Below are positions 35,696-44,011 of a stretch of 58,209 nt of DNA, in pieces. Both the position numbers and the translations under genes were made by a program. Below the pieces are notes generated by a model, which was not told the DNA's origin, searched no databases, and saw nothing but the letters and a program-made list of their open reading frames with translations. The stretch is taken from the IMG/VR virus record IMGVR_UViG_3300046739_000338, positions 1-58,209 of that record, one strand, 5' to 3'. Position 1 is the first letter of the stretch. Each line of letters begins with the position of its first letter. This DNA comes from a virus (taxonomy: Duplodnaviria; Caudoviricetes).

Positions 35696-36342
35696 AACCC
35701 ATCTATGTGTGCGTCCCGGTCCTCAGGCGCTACGACCTGCTCCGGCAGATGCTCATATCACTGGAGCCGAGCACCGTCGAGCCGTCGGGCGTCTACGTCA
35801 TCGACAACGGGCGCAACGCCGAGCGGGTGAAGGCGGCGACCGACAGGTGCCCATTCCCCGTCGTCATCTGGACGCCCGAGGAGCCGATGGGCATCGCGGA
35901 GTCGTGGAACTGGTTCCTGGACCACGCGCCAGAGGAGCGTCTCATCACGAACGATGACATCGTCTTCGCGCCCGAGTCGCTCGAAGCGTTCGGCAAGACG
36001 ACGACCGACATCTGCTGGTCGCGCGAGGCGGGCTTCTCGTGCTTCATCATCCGCGACAGCTGCGTGAAGAAGATCGGCTACTTCGACGAGTCGATCTCGC
36101 CTGGCTACGCCTACTTCGAGGACGAGGACTACGCGCAGCGGATCAACCGGAAGGGCAAGGGGCCGGAGTTCGCGACCTCCGGCGATTGCGTCTCTGGCCT
36201 GGAGCACTTGCACAGCCAGACGATCTCGGTGGCGTCGCCAGATGAGCTCGAGGACCACCATCGTCGGTTCTGGGTCGCGCGCTACAACTACGTCATGAAG
36301 TGGGACCTGCAGAAGGAGTTCAACATGGACAAGAACCTATGA
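35692..36342 (+). CDS. Glycosyltransferase, GT2-like
   Basis: YVIDNG, TNDDI, IGYFDE, YFEDEDY. Confidence 0.85.
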   Translation: MKPIYVCVPVLRRYDLLRQMLISLEPSTVEPSGVYVIDNGRNAERVKAATDRCPFPVVIWTPEEPMGIAESWNWFLDHAPEERLITNDDIVFAPESLEAFGKTTTDICWSREAGFSCFIIRDSCVKKIGYFDESISPGYAYFEDEDYAQRINRKGKGPEFATSGDCVSGLEHLHSQTISVASPDELEDHHRRFWVARYNYVMKWDLQKEFNMDKNL

Positions 36343-36869
36343 TCACGTTTCTGGTGCCGACCATCGGTCGTCCCTCGCTGCTGCACACGCTGCGGTCGAT
36401 CGAGACGTTGCCGGGCGACGAAATCCTCGTCGTCGGCGGTGTCAATCCGATGTGCACCGATCCGCGCGTGCGGTGCATCCCATGCAAGCCGGGTGGAGAT
36501 TGGGGACACGCCGAGCGCAACTACGCGTCACCGATGGCAAAAGGCCAGTACATCGCGCACATCGACGACGACGACGTCTACTCGCCAGGGACGAGGGCGT
36601 TGATGCAGGACGCCATCGAGAAGACGCCGGGCTTGCCCATCTTGTTTCGCATGCAGTATCCGAACGGGTATCGGCTCTGGCAAGAGGAGAAAGTCTATTG
36701 CGGGAATGTTGGGACGCCGATGTTCTTGATCCCGAACCAACCCGAGAAGTGTGGGACGTGGGGATCGTTCGTCGGCGGGGACTGCTCGTTCTTGGAAACA
36801 AGCAAGTGGGCGGCGGAGGACTACGTGTGGCGGCCAGAGGTCACGGTGCTGTTGGGGCACAACGTATGA
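36339..36869 (+). CDS. Glycosyltransferase, GT2-like (short)
   Basis: VPTIGRPSL, GHAERN, AHIDDDD. Confidence 0.82.
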   Translation: MITFLVPTIGRPSLLHTLRSIETLPGDEILVVGGVNPMCTDPRVRCIPCKPGGDWGHAERNYASPMAKGQYIAHIDDDDVYSPGTRALMQDAIEKTPGLPILFRMQYPNGYRLWQEEKVYCGNVGTPMFLIPNQPEKCGTWGSFVGGDCSFLETSKWAAEDYVWRPEVTVLLGHNV

Positions 36870-37099
36870 TCATCGGCTTCAACAAACCAGCAGGCATCGG
36901 CATGATCGCGCGCATCGACATCGTGAATGGTGACGAGATTTACCAAAATGTTCCAGTCATGATTCTTCGAGAAGCAACGGTTGAAGAATGGCTGGCGGAT
37001 GCGGTAGACCGCTACGGCGAACAGAAAGGGAGGGCTGTATTAGCAGAACGATTATCTCAGTTTCCAGGTGCTGTGTTTTACGACGTGAGCATTGATTAG
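36866..37099 (+). CDS. Small hypothetical protein (AT-richer insert)
   Basis: ATGA overlap; ILREATVEEW. Confidence 0.5.
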   Translation: MIIGFNKPAGIGMIARIDIVNGDEIYQNVPVMILREATVEEWLADAVDRYGEQKGRAVLAERLSQFPGAVFYDVSID

Positions 37100-37115
37100 C
37101 GTGGGGCTAATGACT

Positions 37116-38321
37116 ATGAAAAAGCTACTGTGGGTCGGAGACGCCGCGTGCCCCTCTGGGTTCGCGCAGGCGACGCACAAGACGCTCGAGACGCTGAAGG
37201 ACCATTACGACGTGACCGTCTTGGGAATCAACTACCGCGGCGATCCCTACGACTATCCTTATCCCATCTACGCCGCTGCCGCCGGCGGTGATCAGCTCGG
37301 GATCAACCGCCTCATCTGGATGTGCGCGAACTTCGAGCCCGACCTCATCGTGCTGCAGAACGACCCGTGGCAGATTCCGCTCTACCTGCGGCAGCTGCAG
37401 CAGTATCCCGAGCATCGGCACATTCCGGTCATCGCGTCGCTGGCCGTCGACGGGAAGAACCAGCAGGGGATGAACCACCTCAACGGCCTCTCGCTAGCCA
37501 TCTTCTGGTCTGAGTTCGGGCAGCGCGAGGCACGCAAGGCCGGGTATACGGGGCCGAGCACGGTCATTCCGCTGGGCGTCGACCTCGACACCTATTACCC
37601 GATCGACAAGACCCAGGCGCGGCTGAACCGCAAGCTCGACTTCGTCAAGGACAAATTCATCGTCGGCAACGTCAACCGCAACCAGCCGCGCAAGCGCTGG
37701 GACTTGACGATCGAGTACTTCGCCGAGTGGGTCAAGGCCGAGAAGATCAAGGACGCGCGGCTCTACTTCCACACGGCGCCGACGGGCGACGTCGGCTGCG
37801 ACGTCAAGCAGTTGGTGAAGTATTACGGCATCCTCGACATGTTGCTGCTGCGCGAGCCGCAGGTCTGGTACGGCGACTCCGATGAGGCGATGCGCGAGAC
37901 TTACAACTGCTTCGATGTCCAAGTGAGCACGACACAGGGCGAGGGGTTCGGCCTGACGACGTTCGAGGGCATGGCCTGCGGCGTGCCGCAGATCGTGCCC
38001 GATTGGGCGGCGCTCGGAGAGCACGCGAGGAACGCTGCACTGCTTGTGCCGTGCACGTCGACGGCCATCGGGTGGCCCTACCTGAACATCATCGGCGGCA
38101 TCGCGGATAAGGCAGGCTTTATCAAAGCACTGTCGTTGATGTATCACGACCACAACGTGCGTGAAGAGTTCAGAGCTCTCGGTTTCGTGCGTGTGATGGA
38201 CGATAAATTGCGTTGGCCGAACATCGGCGAGCGGTGGGTGAAAGAGCTGGCGCAGATCGAGGCCAAGCACACCGAGATCGAGTGGAAGGACCTCGGACGT
38301 CCAGAAGAGGTGACCACGTGA
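37116..38321 (+). CDS. Glycosyltransferase, GT4 (GT-B fold)
   Basis: NRNQPRKRWD, YNCFDV..GEGFGLTTFEGMACGVP. Confidence 0.92.
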   Translation: MKKLLWVGDAACPSGFAQATHKTLETLKDHYDVTVLGINYRGDPYDYPYPIYAAAAGGDQLGINRLIWMCANFEPDLIVLQNDPWQIPLYLRQLQQYPEHRHIPVIASLAVDGKNQQGMNHLNGLSLAIFWSEFGQREARKAGYTGPSTVIPLGVDLDTYYPIDKTQARLNRKLDFVKDKFIVGNVNRNQPRKRWDLTIEYFAEWVKAEKIKDARLYFHTAPTGDVGCDVKQLVKYYGILDMLLLREPQVWYGDSDEAMRETYNCFDVQVSTTQGEGFGLTTFEGMACGVPQIVPDWAALGEHARNAALLVPCTSTAIGWPYLNIIGGIADKAGFIKALSLMYHDHNVREEFRALGFVRVMDDKLRWPNIGERWVKELAQIEAKHTEIEWKDLGRPEEVTT

Positions 38322-38752
38322 AGCCGGACGCCGCCGCGATGATCGCGAAGCTGCAGAAGGTCTTGAGGATCTGGCCGGCGCGCGTCGGCGCGGCCCTCTA
38401 CCAGGAAGGGCAGATCATCATGACCGAGTCGAAGAAGCGTTGCCCGGTGGCGCCTGACGGTGGCACGCTGCGCGCGAGCGGACAGGTCCATCCGCCTGAG
38501 TACGTCGGCCCGCACATCTCAGTCACGTTGTCCTATGGCGGCGCGGCCGAGGCCTACGCCATCGCGGTGCACGAGCATCTCTCGGAGCATTCTCCACCCT
38601 CGTGGAAGGTGGCCGAGGCGGCTGGACGGGGCATCCACTGGAACGTGCCAGGCACGGGGCCGAAGTTCCTCGAAGGGCCGATCAACGAGGCGCAGCCGAC
38701 CATCGCGGCGCGCATCGCGCAACGCATCAACTTGAACGAGGTGCAGGTCTAA
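38318..38752 (+). CDS. HK97 gp10-like neck protein
   Basis: CPVAPDGGTLRASG, YAIAVHE, GPKFLE. Confidence 0.8.
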   Translation: MKPDAAAMIAKLQKVLRIWPARVGAALYQEGQIIMTESKKRCPVAPDGGTLRASGQVHPPEYVGPHISVTLSYGGAAEAYAIAVHEHLSEHSPPSWKVAEAAGRGIHWNVPGTGPKFLEGPINEAQPTIAARIAQRINLNEVQV

Positions 38753-39156
38753 TGCCCTTCCTCGATGAACTCGCAGATCGGCTTGTCGCCGCAGGCGTCG
38801 GCACGCGCAGTGCCAACATCTTCCTCGGGGCGAACGCGCTCATCCCGCAGGGCGACGGGCCGTTCTTGACGGTCATCGAGACAGGCGGCATGGCGCCGAC
38901 GCGCATCCAGAACAAGGCGAGCGTCGCGCAGCAGCAGCCGACGGCGCAGATCGCCGTGCGAGGCGCACGCTACAACACGGCGCGCGCGATGTGCAAAGCG
39001 GCGTACGACGCCCTCGACGGCGTCTTCAACACGACCCTCAGCGGCACGTTCTATCAGCGCATGGTCGCACGACAAGAACCGACGGACATCGGATTGGACA
39101 GCGTGGGGCGTCCCGTCATTGTCTTCAACGTTGAAGCACAAAAGGAGCCCTCGTAG
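38752..39156 (+). CDS. Tail terminator-like protein
   Basis: ETGG, PTAQIAVRG, IGLDSVGRP..FN; directly before the tail tube. Confidence 0.75.
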   Translation: MPFLDELADRLVAAGVGTRSANIFLGANALIPQGDGPFLTVIETGGMAPTRIQNKASVAQQQPTAQIAVRGARYNTARAMCKAAYDALDGVFNTTLSGTFYQRMVARQEPTDIGLDSVGRPVIVFNVEAQKEPS

Positions 39157-39213
39157 TAGGTAGCTGTTCACCGCACGTTCGAGCCTCGGCCCTCTTATAC
39201 AGGAGTGTGACAC

Positions 39214-39648
39214 ATGGCGATCTCAGGACACGGAACAAAAGTCGCGCGCGCGCCCGCCGCGACGCCGACGGTCTTCACCGACATCGCGGAGATGAAGGAC
39301 GTCACCCCGCCAGAGTTTTCCCGCAACGAGTTCGACGCGACGACGCAGAACCTCAACATCGACACCTACGTGGTCGGTGTGCTGCGTCGCAGCGGATTCA
39401 CGATGTCGCTGAACTTCCTCGACACCGACGGATCGCACGACCACCTGACCGGTTTGCTCAAGGCGATGATCACTGAGCCGCCGCCGGTTGACGGCTACCG
39501 GATCACGTTTCCCAGCGGCGTCATCTGGGTGATGAGCGGTCAGGTGTCGAAGTTTGCGCCGAAGTATCCGGTGGACGGTCTGCAGGAAGCCGCGGTCACG
39601 ATTCGACCGACGGGCCGCATGACCATCAACGGGATCATCATCGGCTAG
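39214..39648 (+). CDS. Tail tube protein
   Basis: AGGAG RBS; DVTPPEFSRNEFDAT..GVLRRSG..YRITFP..VTIRPTG. Confidence 0.85.
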   Translation: MAISGHGTKVARAPAATPTVFTDIAEMKDVTPPEFSRNEFDATTQNLNIDTYVVGVLRRSGFTMSLNFLDTDGSHDHLTGLLKAMITEPPPVDGYRITFPSGVIWVMSGQVSKFAPKYPVDGLQEAAVTIRPTGRMTINGIIIG

Positions 39649-39746
39649 GTCTGCCCCACGCAGCGTTTGCTTCTCCCTTGCCGGTTCAGGGGACCAAGCG
39701 TAGTAGGAACCGGCACTTACCTCGGCATGCGTGGGGAGAGCAGGCT

Positions 39747-40133
39747 ATGAGCGAACAGAACGGACAGCAGCGGATCTTGAGCGTCGACGAAATGCTCGGA
39801 GCGGACGACGTCGAATACCAGACGGTGCCGAGCTGGAAGGTCAAGGACCCGAAGACGGGTGAGATGATCCAAGGCTACGTGCGCATCGCGTCGCTGAACG
39901 CCGAGGACCTCATCGAGTGGCGCGAGGCGAACGAAGGCCCAGCGAAGCGCACGATGGGCATTCGGCTCCTCGTGAGCAGCCTCGTCGACGAGCAGGGCAA
40001 TCGCATCGGCAGCGCCAAGCACTACGAGCAGTTCAAGAAGAAGTCGAACGCGGTGATGGAGAAGATCCTGGCCGAGATCATCAAGCTGAACGGCATGACG
40101 CAGAAGGCGGAGACGACTGCAAAAAACGACTGA
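39747..40133 (+). CDS. Tail assembly chaperone (G-like)
   Basis: Lies between tube and tape measure; ends AKND*. Confidence 0.8.
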   Translation: MSEQNGQQRILSVDEMLGADDVEYQTVPSWKVKDPKTGEMIQGYVRIASLNAEDLIEWREANEGPAKRTMGIRLLVSSLVDEQGNRIGSAKHYEQFKKKSNAVMEKILAEIIKLNGMTQKAETTAKND

Positions 40134-40474
40134 AGCGAAGCCCCTCTCGGCGCTTCGCCTATCAGTTGGCCGTCAAGCTCGGACGGACTGACGTGAACGG
40201 GATGCTCAGGGCGATGTCGGCCAAGCAGTTTCGCGACTGGGAAACCTATGCGCAGATCGAGCCGTTCAACGAGATGCGCCAGGACTACCGCATCGCGAGC
40301 GTGGTGGCGATGATCTTCAACATGGCGGTCAAGTCGGATGACCGCAAGCCGATCAAGGAGTTCCTCTTGCCCTTCGGCGAAGACGTCGAGAAGTCACGGC
40401 AGACGCCAGAGCAGATGGAGCGCATGGCCAAGTGGATCGCCCTCTGCTACTCGGTGGGCGCAAAGGATCTGTAG
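40121..40474 (+). CDS. Tail chaperone -1 frameshift extension (GT-like)
   Basis: Slippery A AAA AAC at 40121-40127; -1 frame KKRLKRSPSRRFAYQLA..MSAKQFRDW open to 40474. Confidence 0.8.
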   Translation, partial: KKRLKRSPSRRFAYQLAVKLGRTDVNGMLRAMSAKQFRDWETYAQIEPFNEMRQDYRIASVVAMIFNMAVKSDDRKPIKEFLLPFGEDVEKSRQTPEQMERMAKWIALCYSVGAKDL

Positions 40475-43400
40475 ATGGACATCGGGTCACTCACTGGCGA
40501 AATCACCCTCGAAGATAAGCTCTCTGGCGCCCTCGACAGCGTCACCGAGAAGATCAAGGACTTCGCTGGTGAACTGGAGGGGATGACCGGGGCTGCGGCC
40601 ATCGGCTTTGGCGTGCTGACCGCAGCCGTGCTGGCGACGACGGCCAGCATCGTGAAGCTCGGCGAGGAAGGGTCGACGCTGATCGGCGTCGAGACGGCGT
40701 TCGATCATCTGGCCGAGGGCATCGGCCTGACGGGTGAGGCGCTACGCGGGACGCTGTCAGAAGGCCTCAAGGGCACCGTGACCGACATGACCGCGATGCA
40801 GTCGGTCCAGCGGCTGCTCGTCTCTGGTTTCAAGCTCACCGACGACCAAGCGAAGCTGCTCGCCGAGACGGCCCGCGAGCTGGGCAAGGCGTTCGGCGTC
40901 GACGCCGCCTCGGAACTCGAGACGATGAGCACGGCGCTCGCCACCGGCCGCACGCGCACGCTGGCCTTGCAGGGCGTCGTCGTCGACGTCAAGAAGGGCG
41001 AGGAGGAGTTCGCCAAGTCGATCGGCACGACGGTTGACCAACTGAACGCCGAGGGGCTGCTCGAGGGCAAGCGCATCGCCATCATGGAAGGCGTCAAGGC
41101 CAAGCGCGACGCGCTCGGCGTCTCCGAGCTGAGCTTCAAGGAGATGGTCCAGCAGACGAACACGGCCATCAAGGAATGGGGCGAGAGCCTGGCCAAGTCC
41201 GTCGCGTCGTCGCCAGATGTGCTCGAAGCCTATCAGGCGATGAAGACGGCCTTCGTCCAGACGTTCGGCGGCGATAGTCAGGACATGCTGAAGACGGTCA
41301 CCGGGTGGATCAACACCTTCGCCAAGGGCGTCACGGAGAATGGCCCGACGGTCGTCAAGGTGCTCGGCGACGTGCTCAGCGGCATCAAGAGCGTCTTCGA
41401 TTTCCTCGCCGCGCACGAGACGGCGATCAAGAACCTCGCCGTCGGCGTCGCGGCCTACGCGGCGGCGTGGGAACTGCTGACCTTTGGCGGGACGATCGTC
41501 ACCGGCGTCATCGCCGGGCTCAAGGCCATTCAAGTCTCGGCCACGCTGCTCGAAGCCAGCTCGCTCATCGGCCTCATCACGCCCATCGGCCTCGTGGCGG
41601 TCGCGGTCGCAGGGCTCGCCGTCGCGGTCTACAACTTCAACAAGCAGATTGCCGACATGCAGAAGCCCAGCACGACGGGCGACCTGCTCGACAGCCTGAA
41701 GACGAAGGCCAACGGCGCAGGCCTGACCATCGATGACCTGAAAAAGAAGATGGCCGCGCTCGGCAAGGGCTCGCTCGAAGGCACGACGCTGACGATTCCT
41801 GGCATCGCGCCGAAGGGCGGCACGCCGACCGACAACTCGAAGTTCATCAAGGACCAGTCCGATAAGATCGAGGCCGCGACGAATGCAAGCATCGCGAAGA
41901 CGGCCGAGCTGTGGGACCAGTACTTCACGACCGTCGACAAGATGAACCTCGACTCGGTCGGCGCGCAGGTTCTGGCCATCGACCGCAAGGAGACGGCCGA
42001 GGTCGCTGCGCTCGACAAGAGCAAGAAGTACAACCAGGATTACCAAAACCAGCTGCAGGCGATCGAGGCGGTGGCTGATGTCAACCGCGCGGCGATCTTC
42101 GAAGATCTGCGCAAGAAGAACGTCGCGGCCGACGAGAAGGCGCTGACCGAGAGCCAGGCGGCGTTGGTCGCCGACGGCGAGAAGCGCCTCTCCCTCAGCA
42201 CGGCGACGTTCGACAAGCTCACGTCGGCTGCCGAGAAGGAGCAGCGCACGCTCGAGGACGTCACGACGACGGGCCTCGACCGTCAGCTGCTCGACATCCA
42301 GCGCTCGGCCGAGGATCAGATCGCGGCCCTTGGCGCCGTACCGCAGGACGAAGCCATGGCGTCGTTGTGGCAGGCGAATGTCGACAAGATCCACGCCATC
42401 CAGCAACAGCAGGTCGACAACCTCTACGTCGACAACGACGCGATGGTAAAGAATTCGACCGACGCGCTGCAAGCCATCGCCGACAAGAACTATACGACGT
42501 GGCTGGCGATGGCGGCTGATCCTGACGAGTATTCGAAGCAAGCCATCCAAGACATGAAGGACATCGCCGACGCCTCGCAGCGCACGGCGTTGGGCATCCA
42601 GAAGAGCCTTGGGGCTGACCTCTTCACCGCGTTGAAAGGCGTCCCGAACACGATCGCCGACGCGTTCAAGAGCGGTGGCAGCCTCCTCAGCGCCGCAGAA
42701 TCGCTCGGCAGTCAATTCGGGGCCATCTTCGGCAAGCACATCGGCACGTCGATCTCCGACGCTGTCTCTGGCCTCGGGTCGCTCGCGGGCCCCATCGGCG
42801 CGGCCATCGGCGCGCTCGCCGGCCCGCTCATCGGCCTGCTGGCCAAGATCGGCGGACCCTCGCAGAACGAACTGGCGGCCCGCTCGACGTTCGCCGACTT
42901 CCAGAAGCAGTTCGGCACGCTGCCGCAGACCATCGACGCCGTGGGCGCCGCCTACGCCCGCATGGGCCTGACGGGCACCGAGGCGCAGCGCGACATCCAG
43001 CGCGCCCTCGACGCGACGCACGTCAGCGCCGCGGCTGAGGCCTCGGCCCTCGACACGATCAACCTCGTGCTCGACGCCGACAAGCAGCGCACGCAGGACC
43101 TCACCGACGCCACGAACGCCGTCATCACGGCTGGCAAAGGCTACTCGGGACCGCTGCCCGCGGCCCTCCAGGTGACGATCGACCAGATCATGAACGCCTC
43201 TGGCGCGACTGACGCCATGAAGACGGCGCTGCAGGGCGTGCTTGACCAGGCTGAACCCGACTACAAGAAGCTCACCGCGCTGGCCGGCACCTACGGCCTG
43301 TCGCTGGCGGACCTCGGGCCGAAGTTCGAGCAGGCGGACCTCGAAGGACGTTCGAAGCAGATCTTCGACGACTTCACGGCCCTCACGCAGGCCGGCGGCG

Positions 43401-44011
43401 ACGTCGGCGGCGTCCTCAGCCACATGCGCGACCAGATCAGCGCCTTGGTCGACGACTCGCTGAAGTTCGGCACGGCCATCCCCGAGAACATGAAGCCGCT
43501 GATCGACGAGCTGGCGAAGAGCGGGCAGCTGACCGACGACCAAGGCAACAAGATCGAGGACACGTCGAAGCTGACGTTCGAGGACACGCCGCTCGACAAG
43601 AGCTTGAAGGGGTTGAACGACGCCATCGACCACCTATCAGAAGTGCTGGGCCTCGTACCAGGTCAGCTCGACAAGATCGGCACGGCGGCGAACAATCTGC
43701 CGAAGGACCCCTTCGCCAACTATAACCCTCCGGCACCGCCTGTGGAGCAACCGCAAGGCTATGCATCAGGCGGCACGGTCTACGCTGCTTCAGGGATGAC
43801 TTCCGGCCCCCGCGGCACCGACACCGTGCCAGCGTGGCTGACGCCGGGCGAAGACGTCACGTCGGTCCAGCAGAAGAAGGACAACGCCGAGTCGTTCGAT
43901 GCGCTGCAGACGGAAGTGATGGGACTGCGCGCCGACATGAACAGCAAGTTCCCCCGCGCGATTGGCAGAGCAATCGGTACGGCCCTCGTCGGAGTCAGGA
44001 CTGCGTCCTAA
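40475..44011 (+). CDS. Tape measure protein
   Basis: 1178 aa, helical and Ala-rich, follows the chaperones; C-terminal YASGG..GTDTVPAWLTPGE. Confidence 0.92.
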   Translation: MDIGSLTGEITLEDKLSGALDSVTEKIKDFAGELEGMTGAAAIGFGVLTAAVLATTASIVKLGEEGSTLIGVETAFDHLAEGIGLTGEALRGTLSEGLKGTVTDMTAMQSVQRLLVSGFKLTDDQAKLLAETARELGKAFGVDAASELETMSTALATGRTRTLALQGVVVDVKKGEEEFAKSIGTTVDQLNAEGLLEGKRIAIMEGVKAKRDALGVSELSFKEMVQQTNTAIKEWGESLAKSVASSPDVLEAYQAMKTAFVQTFGGDSQDMLKTVTGWINTFAKGVTENGPTVVKVLGDVLSGIKSVFDFLAAHETAIKNLAVGVAAYAAAWELLTFGGTIVTGVIAGLKAIQVSATLLEASSLIGLITPIGLVAVAVAGLAVAVYNFNKQIADMQKPSTTGDLLDSLKTKANGAGLTIDDLKKKMAALGKGSLEGTTLTIPGIAPKGGTPTDNSKFIKDQSDKIEAATNASIAKTAELWDQYFTTVDKMNLDSVGAQVLAIDRKETAEVAALDKSKKYNQDYQNQLQAIEAVADVNRAAIFEDLRKKNVAADEKALTESQAALVADGEKRLSLSTATFDKLTSAAEKEQRTLEDVTTTGLDRQLLDIQRSAEDQIAALGAVPQDEAMASLWQANVDKIHAIQQQQVDNLYVDNDAMVKNSTDALQAIADKNYTTWLAMAADPDEYSKQAIQDMKDIADASQRTALGIQKSLGADLFTALKGVPNTIADAFKSGGSLLSAAESLGSQFGAIFGKHIGTSISDAVSGLGSLAGPIGAAIGALAGPLIGLLAKIGGPSQNELAARSTFADFQKQFGTLPQTIDAVGAAYARMGLTGTEAQRDIQRALDATHVSAAAEASALDTINLVLDADKQRTQDLTDATNAVITAGKGYSGPLPAALQVTIDQIMNASGATDAMKTALQGVLDQAEPDYKKLTALAGTYGLSLADLGPKFEQADLEGRSKQIFDDFTALTQAGGDVGGVLSHMRDQISALVDDSLKFGTAIPENMKPLIDELAKSGQLTDDQGNKIEDTSKLTFEDTPLDKSLKGLNDAIDHLSEVLGLVPGQLDKIGTAANNLPKDPFANYNPPAPPVEQPQGYASGGTVYAASGMTSGPRGTDTVPAWLTPGEDVTSVQQKKDNAESFDALQTEVMGLRADMNSKFPRAIGRAIGTALVGVRTAS

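Noticed and set aside
40757-43633. 958-aa - strand ORF (also 26563..28383, 43790..45304, 49665..51212, 21221..22351)
   Set aside because: These are antisense shadows of GC-rich + strand genes and contain no recognisable motifs.
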